A stretch of DNA of 46,977 nucleotides from Acidimicrobiales bacterium (GTDB lineage Bacteria; Actinomycetota; Acidimicrobiia; Acidimicrobiales; VFJN01): NCBI GenBank assembly GCA_035708905.1, contig DASTFE010000225.1:1-46977 (forward strand). The letters are read 5' to 3'. Position numbers and translations under genes: made by a program. Below the pieces are notes generated by a model. The model worked only from the letters and a program-made list of their open reading frames with translations. It ran no database searches and was not told where the DNA came from. Position 1 is the first letter of the stretch. Each line of letters begins with the position of its first letter. Of this stretch, positions 35,572 through 42,961 are shown one piece after another.

Positions 35572-37188
35572 GTGACCGACGACCGAGCAGTGCGCGCCCG
35601 CTACGACGTGGTGGTGGTCGGCGGGGGGCACAACGCCCTCGTCGCCGCCGCCTACCTGGGACGGGCGGGGCGGTCGGTGTGCGTGCTCGAGCGGGCCGAC
35701 CAACTGGGCGGCGCGACGGTGAGCGGCCAGGTGTTCCCCGGCGTCGACGCCCGGCTGTCCCGCTACTCGTACCTGGTCAGCCTGCTGCCCGACCGCATCG
35801 TCGCCGACCTCGGGCTCCGCGTGGCGCTCGCGTCCCGCCCGGTGGCCTCGTTCACGCCGGTGCGCCGCGGCGCCGAGCACCTCGGGCTGCTGGTCGAGCG
35901 CGACCCCGGGCCGGCGACCGCCGAGTCGTTCCGGGCGCTCACCGGGTCCGACGACGAGTACGCCGCCTGGCGGGCGTTCTACGACGACACCGCCCACCTG
36001 GCCCGGGTCGTGGCCCCGACCCTGCTCGAGCCGCTGCCGCCCGCGGCCGAGATGCGCCGCCGCGTCGGCGGCGCCCTGTGGGACCGGCTCGTCGCCCGCC
36101 CGATCGGCGAGGCGATCGAGGCCACCTTCCGCGACGACACGGTCCGCGGCGTGGTGCTGACCGACGCCCTCATCGGCACGTTCGCCTCGGCCCACGAGCC
36201 CGACCTGCGCCAGAACCGGTGCTTCCTGTACCACGTGATCGGCAACGGCACCGGCGAGTGGCGCGTGCCGGTGGGCGGGATGGGGGCGGTGACGGCCGAG
36301 CTCGAGCGGGCCGCCCGGGCCGCCGGCGCCGACCTGGTGACGGGGGCCGAGGTGGTGGGCGTCGAGACCGACGGCCGCGAGGCGGCGGTGACCTGCCGGC
36401 ACCGCGGCGACGAGCGCGTCGTGGCCGGCTCGTACGTGCTCGCCGGGGTGGCGCCCGCCGTGCTCGACCGGCTCCGCGGTCGAGCGGCCACGTCGCCCGA
36501 GGGTGCGCAGATGAAGATCAACATGGTGCTCGACCGGCTGCCGCGCCCGCGCAGCGGCCACGACCCGGCGCTGGCGTTCGCCGGCACGCTGCACGTCGAC
36601 GAGGGATACGCGGCGCTCGAGGCCGGTCACGCGGTGGCCGCCCGGGGCACCCTGCCCGACCCGCTGCCCGGCGAGGTGTACTGCCACACGCTCACCGACC
36701 CGTCGATCCTGTCGCCCGAGGCGGCCGCCCGCGGGGTGCACACCCTCACGCTGTTCGGCCTGCACGCCCCCGCCCGGCTGTTCGCCGGCGACCCGGCGGC
36801 CGCGGACGCCGCGCGCGACGAGGCCACGCGGCGCCACCTCGCCGGACTCGACCGCTACCTCGACGAGCCGATCGCCGACTGCCTCGCCCGCGACGCGGCC
36901 GGGCGACCCTGCGTCGAGGCGGTGAGCCCGTGCGACCTCGAGGCCAGCCTGGGGCTGCCCGGGGGGCACATCTTCCACGGAGACCTGAGCTGGCCCTGGG
37001 CCGGCGACGACCCCGGGGCGCCGCCGGTGAGCGCCGACGGCCGCCCGGACGCCGAGCCGGGGGCGTGGGGCGCCGAGACCGACGTCGCCAACCTGTTCGT
37101 GTGCGGGGCCGGGGCCCGCCGGGGTGGTGGCGTCAGCGGCGTGGGCGGCCACAACGCGGCGATGGCCGTGCTCCGCCGGGCCCGCTAA
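35572..37188 (+). CDS. FAD/NAD(P)-dependent oxidoreductase (phytoene-desaturase/CrtI-like)
   Basis: GTG 35572. Dinucleotide-binding YDVVVVGGGHNALVAAAYLGRAGRSVCVLE...LGG, and the C-terminal FVCGAGARRGGGVSGVGGHNAA. 538 aa. Confidence 0.85.
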   Translation: MTDDRAVRARYDVVVVGGGHNALVAAAYLGRAGRSVCVLERADQLGGATVSGQVFPGVDARLSRYSYLVSLLPDRIVADLGLRVALASRPVASFTPVRRGAEHLGLLVERDPGPATAESFRALTGSDDEYAAWRAFYDDTAHLARVVAPTLLEPLPPAAEMRRRVGGALWDRLVARPIGEAIEATFRDDTVRGVVLTDALIGTFASAHEPDLRQNRCFLYHVIGNGTGEWRVPVGGMGAVTAELERAARAAGADLVTGAEVVGVETDGREAAVTCRHRGDERVVAGSYVLAGVAPAVLDRLRGRAATSPEGAQMKINMVLDRLPRPRSGHDPALAFAGTLHVDEGYAALEAGHAVAARGTLPDPLPGEVYCHTLTDPSILSPEAAARGVHTLTLFGLHAPARLFAGDPAAADAARDEATRRHLAGLDRYLDEPIADCLARDAAGRPCVEAVSPCDLEASLGLPGGHIFHGDLSWPWAGDDPGAPPVSADGRPDAEPGAWGAETDVANLFVCGAGARRGGGVSGVGGHNAAMAVLRRAR

Positions 37189-37206
37189 TCTGACGCTCCG
37201 TCAGAT
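37188..37206. promoter_or_regulatory. Palindromic operator candidate, family ATCTGAC-N5-GTCAGAT (site E)
   Basis: ATCTGAC GCTCC GTCAGAT has perfect arms. It overlaps a -10-like TAATCT (37186-37191) and the stop of the preceding gene. SD GGGAAAGG and ATG 37243 follow. Confidence 0.65.
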
Positions 37207-37242
37207 CCGGCTGCCGGTGCCGGGCCGGGAAAGGCGTCACAC

Positions 37243-38424
37243 ATGGACTTCGAGTTCTCCGAGGAGCAGCAGCGCTTCCTCGCCGAGGTCGAGGCCTTCC
37301 TCGACGAGCGCCAGACCGTCGAGGTCATGGATCCGACCCGCGAGAACATGGCCCAGATCTGCGACACGCCCGCCCGCCGGGCGTTCATGGCCGAGATCGG
37401 CGAGCGCGGCTGGCTGGGCATGACCTGGCCGAAGGAGCACGGCGGCGCCGAGGGCGACGGCGTGTACGAGTACCTGCTCAACGAGGCGCTGGCCCGGAGG
37501 GGCGCCCCGCAGATCGGCAAGGGCGTCGGCATCATCGGCAAGACGCTCATCCGCTACGGGTCCGACAAGCTGAAGCAGGAGTTCCTGCCCAAGATCCTGC
37601 GCAACGAGGTCGAGTTCGCCGTGGGCTACTCCGAGCCCAACGCCGGCTCGGACGCCGCGAACATGCAGCTGCGGGCCACCCGTGACGGCGACGGCTGGCG
37701 GCTGAACGGCCAGAAGACGTGGACGACGTCGGCCCACTTCGCCGAGTGGTACTGGGTGGGCGCCCGCACAGACCCGGAGGCCCCCAAGCACCACGGCATC
37801 ACGCTGTTCCTGGTGCCCCTCGACGACCCGGGCCTCACCATCCGGCCCATCTGGACGAGGGGGGACGAGCGCACCAACGAGGTGTTCTTCGACGACGTGT
37901 TCGTGCACGACGACTACGTCGTCGGCGAGGTCAACCGGGGGTTCCAGTACATCGCCCAGGCGCTCGACCTCGAGCGCTTCACGATGTTCACCTACAGCCA
38001 GATCGAGGAGCGCATCCGCATCCTCACCGACCACGTGCGCACCGCCACCCGCGACGGCGAGCCGCTCAAGGACGACCCGGTCGTGCGCCGGCGCATCGCC
38101 CACCTGGTCACCGAGGGCGAGGTCGCCCGGGTGCTCGGCCTGCGGTTCGTCCACCGCTCGATGGCCGGTGGCGACCCGCCCCGGGCCGAGGCGTCCGAGT
38201 ACAAGCTGTTCGCCACCGAGCTGTCCAAGCGGGTCGCCGACGCCTCGATGGACATCGGCGGCCCCGGCGCCCAGCTCCGGGTCGGCACCGACGAGGCGCC
38301 CATGGCCGGCCGGGCCGAGTCGACCTACCGCTACACGGTGATCGACACCATCGGCGGCGGCACGTCCGAGGTGCAGAAGAACATCATCGCCACCCGCAAG
38401 CTCGGCCTGCCGAAGAACTTCTAG
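37243..38424 (+). CDS. Acyl-CoA dehydrogenase (candidate catalytic subunit)
   Basis: 393 aa. GYSEPNAGSD, GQKTWTTSA, QALDLERF, IGGGTSEVQKNIIA. Confidence 0.9.
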   Translation: MDFEFSEEQQRFLAEVEAFLDERQTVEVMDPTRENMAQICDTPARRAFMAEIGERGWLGMTWPKEHGGAEGDGVYEYLLNEALARRGAPQIGKGVGIIGKTLIRYGSDKLKQEFLPKILRNEVEFAVGYSEPNAGSDAANMQLRATRDGDGWRLNGQKTWTTSAHFAEWYWVGARTDPEAPKHHGITLFLVPLDDPGLTIRPIWTRGDERTNEVFFDDVFVHDDYVVGEVNRGFQYIAQALDLERFTMFTYSQIEERIRILTDHVRTATRDGEPLKDDPVVRRRIAHLVTEGEVARVLGLRFVHRSMAGGDPPRAEASEYKLFATELSKRVADASMDIGGPGAQLRVGTDEAPMAGRAESTYRYTVIDTIGGGTSEVQKNIIATRKLGLPKNF

Positions 38425-38431
38425 GCGCAGC

Positions 38432-39595
38432 GTGTCCCCCGGCCTGCTCGACGGCGTCACCGTGCTCGACTTCTCCACCGTCGGGCCCGCCACCCGCTGC
38501 ACCAGGCTGCTGGCCGACTACGGCGCCCGGGTGGTGAAGGTCGGCGCGCCGCCGAAGGCGGGGGCCACCGCGCTGGTGCCGCCGTTCCACGCCTACAGCG
38601 GGCAGCGGGGCGTCGAGCGGGCCCGCATCGACCTCAAGGCACCCGCCGGCCGCGACGCCTTCCTGCGGCTGGCCGCCGGTGCCGACGTGGTGATCGAGAG
38701 CTTCCGGCCGGGCGTCGTCGACCGCCTGGGCATCGGCCACGGCGCGGTGCGGGCCGTGAACCCCGGCGTCGTCTACTGCTCGACCAGCGGCTACGGGCAG
38801 ACCGGGCCCTACGCGGGCCGTGCCGGGCACGACATCAACTACCTGGCCGCCGGCGGCTACCTGCACATGTCCGAGCGCGCCGCCGGGGGCCGGCCCCCGC
38901 TGCCCGGCGCCACCGTGGCCGACATCGCCGCCGGGGGGCTGCACGCCGCCGCGGCCGTGCTGGCCGCCCTCGTGCGCCGGTCCCGCACCGGCGAGGGAGC
39001 CCGCCTGGACGTGTCGGTCGCCGACGGCGTGCTGTGGATGCTGTCGCTCTACATCGACGAGTACCTGGCCACCGGCGAGCCGCCGGGCCCGGGGCACTAC
39101 ATCCTCACCGGCCGCTACGCCTGCTACGACGTCTACCCCACCGGCGGGGGCGGGTGGCTGGCGGTGGGCGCCATCGAACCCGACTTCTGGGCCAACCTGT
39201 GCCGCGGCCTCGGCCTCGAGCGGTGGATCGAGCACCAGACCGACGACGCGGTGCAGGATCGCATCCGCGCCGACATCCGGGCCGCGCTGGCGCGGCGCAC
39301 CCGCGACGAGTGGGTCGACCTGCTGGCCGACGCCGACACCTGCGTCGCGCCCGTGCTCGACATCCCCGAGGTGGTCGCCGACCCGCAGTTCGCCGCCCGG
39401 GGCGCCGTCGTGGAGGCCACCCACCCCCACCGTCCCCCCTTCCGCCAGCTCGGGCCGCTGCTCGCCGGCACCCGCCGGCAGGACCGCTACGCGCTGCCCG
39501 ACGCCGCCCGCAGCGACACCGCGGCGCTGCTCGCCGACGCCGGCCTGGGGCGCGACGAGATCGACACCCTGGAGGCCGAGGGCGTGATCGCATGA
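38432..39595 (+). CDS. Family III CoA-transferase, alpha-methylacyl-CoA racemase-like
   Basis: 387 aa, GTG start. LDGVTVLDFSTVGPATRCTRLLADYGARVVKV, VVIESFRPGVVDRLGIG, SGYGQTGPYAGRAGHDINYLA (the GHDINY stretch is characteristic of MCR-type members). Confidence 0.85.
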   Translation: MSPGLLDGVTVLDFSTVGPATRCTRLLADYGARVVKVGAPPKAGATALVPPFHAYSGQRGVERARIDLKAPAGRDAFLRLAAGADVVIESFRPGVVDRLGIGHGAVRAVNPGVVYCSTSGYGQTGPYAGRAGHDINYLAAGGYLHMSERAAGGRPPLPGATVADIAAGGLHAAAAVLAALVRRSRTGEGARLDVSVADGVLWMLSLYIDEYLATGEPPGPGHYILTGRYACYDVYPTGGGGWLAVGAIEPDFWANLCRGLGLERWIEHQTDDAVQDRIRADIRAALARRTRDEWVDLLADADTCVAPVLDIPEVVADPQFAARGAVVEATHPHRPPFRQLGPLLAGTRRQDRYALPDAARSDTAALLADAGLGRDEIDTLEAEGVIA

Positions 39596-40671
39596 CCGCC
39601 GCCGCCGTGCCCGACGAGGTCGCGGGCTGGGTCGGGCAGACCCGCTACCGCGAGACGGCCGACTTCCCGGTCGAGCGGGGCTACATCTGGACCTCGTGCG
39701 CCTCGGTCGAGAACGGCAACCCGCTGTACTGGGACGACGCCGTGGCCGACGAGATCACCGGCGGACCGATCGCCCCGCCCACGACGCTGTCGCTGTGGTT
39801 CCGGCCCCACCACTGGCAACCCGGGGTGACAGCGCAGAAGCTGCCCCTGCAGGTGCACTTCGACCTGAAGGAGCGGCTCGGCCTGCCCGAGGCCATCATG
39901 AGCGACAGCGAGGTCGTGTTCCACGCGCCCGTGCGGCCGGGCGACGTGATCAGCACCGCCCAGGTGCTGCGCTCGCTGAGCGAGCCCAAGACCACCAAGC
40001 TCGGCACCGGCCGGTTCTGGGTGATCGACGTGCCCTACCGCAACCAGCGCGGCGAGCTGGTCGGGGTCGAGACCTTCACCGGCTTCGGCTACGTCCGGGC
40101 GCAGCCGGCCCAGGCCACCCCGACCGCCGAGCGGCCGCCGCGAGCCGGCGCCGTGGACCGCGGCGGTGAGGCACCCGAGGCGCGCTGGACCGCCGGCCGC
40201 GTCGTCCTGTCCGACGTGGCCCCCGGCCACCGGCTGCCCGACCTGCGCCACGACGTGACCGCCACGACCGTGGTGCTGGGCGCGCTGGCCACCCGCGACT
40301 GGCGCCCGATGCACCACGACCGCGACTTCGCGGTCGAGCGCAACGGCGCCCGCGACATCTTCCTCAACACCCCCAACCAGCAGGCCTGGCTCGAGCGCTT
40401 CGCCACCGACTGGACGGGGCCCCGCGGCCGGCCGGGCCGCATCGGGTTCCGCATGCGCGACTCGGTCTACCCCGGCGACACCATGACCATCGGCGGCACC
40501 GTGACCGAGGCCGGCACCGACGCCACGGGCTGCGGCTGGGTCACCGTGGCCGCAGAGGTGCGGGCCGGCGCCGAGACCCGCCTGTGCACCACCGCGACGC
40601 TGCGCGTCGCCCTGCCCACCACGCCCGACGACAACCCCTGGCGCCGCGCCGGCGACCGCTGGGTGCCGTGA
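39592..40671 (+). CDS. Fused double-hotdog MaoC-like (R)-specific enoyl-CoA hydratase
   Basis: ATG overlaps the upstream stop (ATGA). N-terminal hotdog half (GNPLYWDD...), then a Pro/Ala linker, then a C-terminal half with the hydratase-type motif TRDWRPMHHDRDFA. 359 aa. Confidence 0.82.
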   Translation: MTAAAVPDEVAGWVGQTRYRETADFPVERGYIWTSCASVENGNPLYWDDAVADEITGGPIAPPTTLSLWFRPHHWQPGVTAQKLPLQVHFDLKERLGLPEAIMSDSEVVFHAPVRPGDVISTAQVLRSLSEPKTTKLGTGRFWVIDVPYRNQRGELVGVETFTGFGYVRAQPAQATPTAERPPRAGAVDRGGEAPEARWTAGRVVLSDVAPGHRLPDLRHDVTATTVVLGALATRDWRPMHHDRDFAVERNGARDIFLNTPNQQAWLERFATDWTGPRGRPGRIGFRMRDSVYPGDTMTIGGTVTEAGTDATGCGWVTVAAEVRAGAETRLCTTATLRVALPTTPDDNPWRRAGDRWVP

Positions 40672-40698
40672 CACGACAGCCGGGAGGCAACCCGACCC

Positions 40699-41832
40699 AT
40701 GCTTGATCTCGCCTTCACCGACGAGCAGGAGATGCTGCGCGAGGTCGTCCGCACCCTGCTGGCCGAGCACGCGCCGCTCACGGTCGTACGCGCCATGGAG
40801 GACGACCCGGTCGGCTTCCCCGCCGACCTGTGGCGGCGGTTCGCCGAGCTCGACCTGTTGGGCCTGCTGCTGCCCGAGCAGCACGGCGGCTCGGGCATGT
40901 CGCTGCTCGAAGGTGTCGTGCTCTACGAGGAGCTGGGCCGGGCGCTGGCGCCGGTGCCCCACTTCGCCAGCTGCGTGGCCGGCGGCGGCGCCCTGGCCGC
41001 CGGCGGCACCGCCGAGCAGCGGGGCGAGTGGCTGCCCCGGGTCGTTGCCGGCGAGGCGGTGCTCACGCCGGCGTGGCTCGAGCCCGACGGCGGCTTCGGT
41101 CCCCGGGGCGTGCAGGCGCGGGCGACCACGACCGACGGCGCCACCTTCACGATCACCGGCGTCAAGCGCCACGTACCCTTCGCGGCGGCCGCCACCCGGC
41201 TGGTGGTGCTCGCCCGCACGGGCGACGGCGAACGCGAGGTCGACCTGTTCCTCGTCGACCCCCGGGCGGCCGGCGTCACCCTCACGCAGCAGCACACCAT
41301 CGCCTCGGACACGCAGCACCGGGTCGACCTCGACGGCGTCCGGGTGCCCGTGGCCGACCGCGTCGGCGGCGCCGGTACCGGCTGGGCGACGTGGGAGGCG
41401 GTGCGCGACGACGCGCTGGTCCTGCTGGCCGCCTGGGCGGTGGGCGCCGCCGACCGCGCTCAGGAGATCACCGTCCAGTACGCCAAGGACCGCGAGCAGT
41501 TCGGCAAGCCCATCGGCGCCTTCCAGGCCATCGCCCACTACCTGGCCGACCGCCAGACCGAGCTCGACGGGGCCCGCACGCTGGTGCACGAGGCGGCGTG
41601 GGCCCGGGCCGCCGGCCGGCCCGTGGCCCGGCTGGCGCCGATGGCCAAGCTGTTCGCCGCCCGGGTGCTGCGCTCGCTGACCGCCACCGCGCAGCAGATC
41701 CACGGCGGCAACGGGTTCACCCTCGACTACGACGTGCAGCTCTACTTCCGCCGGGCCAAGGCGCTGCAGATCTCCTGGTGGGGTGACCGCGACCTCGAGG
41801 AGCTGATCGCCGCCGACGTGCTCGACGGCTGA
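40699..41832 (+). CDS. Acyl-CoA dehydrogenase-family protein lacking both usual catalytic-base positions (candidate non-catalytic partner)
   Basis: 377 aa, SD GGGAGG. ACAD fold (YAKDREQFGKPIGAFQAIAHYLAD, QIHGGNGF). The C-terminal YEG-type Glu position reads QISWWGD, and the IVD-type position reads RDDAL. Confidence 0.85.
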   Translation: MLDLAFTDEQEMLREVVRTLLAEHAPLTVVRAMEDDPVGFPADLWRRFAELDLLGLLLPEQHGGSGMSLLEGVVLYEELGRALAPVPHFASCVAGGGALAAGGTAEQRGEWLPRVVAGEAVLTPAWLEPDGGFGPRGVQARATTTDGATFTITGVKRHVPFAAAATRLVVLARTGDGEREVDLFLVDPRAAGVTLTQQHTIASDTQHRVDLDGVRVPVADRVGGAGTGWATWEAVRDDALVLLAAWAVGAADRAQEITVQYAKDREQFGKPIGAFQAIAHYLADRQTELDGARTLVHEAAWARAAGRPVARLAPMAKLFAARVLRSLTATAQQIHGGNGFTLDYDVQLYFRRAKALQISWWGDRDLEELIAADVLDG

Positions 41833-41984
41833 CTGCGAGGGCGGCCCGCCACCGCACCTCACAGGCAGGTCAGATGCGCGACAGGTCGTGTTCGCGCAGC
41901 GGTCGCGCGCCGTTGAGCCGCCGGCAACGGTTCCCGCCCATCGTGGTCGACCGAGACCACCGGCGACGAGGAACCGCACGAGAC

Positions 41985-42851
41985 ATGGCTCGACACGAGC
42001 TCTGGGTGGAGCTGGCCGACCGGCCGGGCAACCTGGCCGCGCTCGCGGGCGACCTGGCGGCCTGCGGCGCCAACATCGTCCACCTCGACGTGCACCCCGG
42101 TCCCGGCGACACCGTGATCGACCGCCTCGTGGTCCAGGTGCCCGACCGGCGCAGCGACGAGCTGGCCGAGGTGGCCGAGTGCTACGGGGCCACGCTGCGC
42201 CGCCTCGACGAGGCCGAGCCGCCCGCCGCGCCCGCCGGGGGTGGAGCCGCCGGCCCTGCGACGATGCCGGCGCGCCGGGCGGCACCGCCCGGTCGCCCGG
42301 GTGCCGGCACGCCGCCCCGCCGCCCGCCCATGACCCTCGAGCGGTTGGTGGCGCTCACCGACGGCGGGCTGGTGCGCCTGCGCCACCTGAGCAGCGGCGA
42401 CCGGTCGAGCCTCGTGGCCCACCACCGGCGGTGCTCCGAGCCGACCCGCCGCCACAGCCGCTTCCTGGCGCCCGAGGTGCTGCCCGCGACCGGCGGCGAC
42501 GGGTCGCGCCCCGGGGGCGACGGCCGGCGCGTCGCCCTGGCGGCCCTGGTCGGTGCCGACATCGCCGGGGTCGCCCGCTACGACGTCGACGACGGCGGGG
42601 CGCTGGCCCACCTCGCGGTGGTCGTCGAGGACCGGCACCAGCGGCGGGGCATCGGCGCCCTCCTCGTCGGCGAGCTGGCCGTGCTGGCCGCCAACACCGA
42701 CGTGCGCCACCTGCGGGCCGTCGCCCCGGCCGGCGGCGAGGGGCTGACCCGCACCCTGCGGCGGGCCGGGCTGGCCTTCACCGTCCGGCGCGAGGGCACG
42801 AGCGTGGTGCTCGACTGCGGGCTCCCGCACGGCCTGACCGCGAGCGCCTGA
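41985..42851 (+). CDS. ACT-domain / GNAT acetyltransferase fusion protein
   Basis: N-terminal ACT-like ELWVELADRPGNLAALAGDLAACGANIVHLDV, then a Pro/Ala/Gly linker, then a GNAT core with acetyl-CoA motif A HQRRGIGALLVGEL. The upstream in-frame 37 codons have poor GC3, so ATG 41985 is preferred. Confidence 0.78.
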   Translation: MARHELWVELADRPGNLAALAGDLAACGANIVHLDVHPGPGDTVIDRLVVQVPDRRSDELAEVAECYGATLRRLDEAEPPAAPAGGGAAGPATMPARRAAPPGRPGAGTPPRRPPMTLERLVALTDGGLVRLRHLSSGDRSSLVAHHRRCSEPTRRHSRFLAPEVLPATGGDGSRPGGDGRRVALAALVGADIAGVARYDVDDGGALAHLAVVVEDRHQRRGIGALLVGELAVLAANTDVRHLRAVAPAGGEGLTRTLRRAGLAFTVRREGTSVVLDCGLPHGLTASA

Positions 42852-42911
42852 GCCCGAGCGCCTGAGCCCGAAAGCCTGACCCCCGAGCGCCTGACCGCGA
42901 GCGCCACCGAG
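42831..42911. repeat. Degenerate 14-15-bp tandem repeat (about 5 units, consensus CGAGCGCCTGA(C/G)CC)
   Basis: The CCTGA(C/G) cores sit at 42833, 42847, 42861, 42875 and 42890 (spacing 14,14,14,15). The repeat spans the GNAT stop codon and ends 13 nt before operator site F. Confidence 0.7.
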
Positions 42912-42923
42912 CCGTCACCCAAG

Positions 42924-42942
42924 ACCTGACGACCCGTCAGAC
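42924..42942. promoter_or_regulatory. Palindromic operator candidate, family ATCTGAC-N5-GTCAGAT (site F)
   Basis: ACCTGAC GACCC GTCAGAC keeps the CTGAC/GTCAG core intact. It is followed by N7, TACCGT (42950-42955), N6 and ATG 42962. Confidence 0.6.
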
Positions 42943-42961
42943 ACAGGGCTACCGTGCAGTC

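Noticed and set aside
41869-41875. Lone GTCAGAT half-site upstream of the ACT-GNAT gene as an eighth operator
   Set aside because: No acceptable partner arm lies at the N5 distance (CCTCACA). The best alternative needs a 6-nt spacer and two mismatches.
41874-41984. 37-codon in-frame N-terminal extension of the ACT-GNAT gene (ATG 41874)
   Set aside because: Third-codon positions here are noticeably A/T-richer than in real genes of this window, and the peptide is Arg-rich with no structure. The ACT domain starts cleanly at ATG 41985.
42831-42911. The 14-bp tandem repeat as a CRISPR array
   Set aside because: The units are directly abutting with no spacers, are far shorter than CRISPR repeats, and no cas genes are present.
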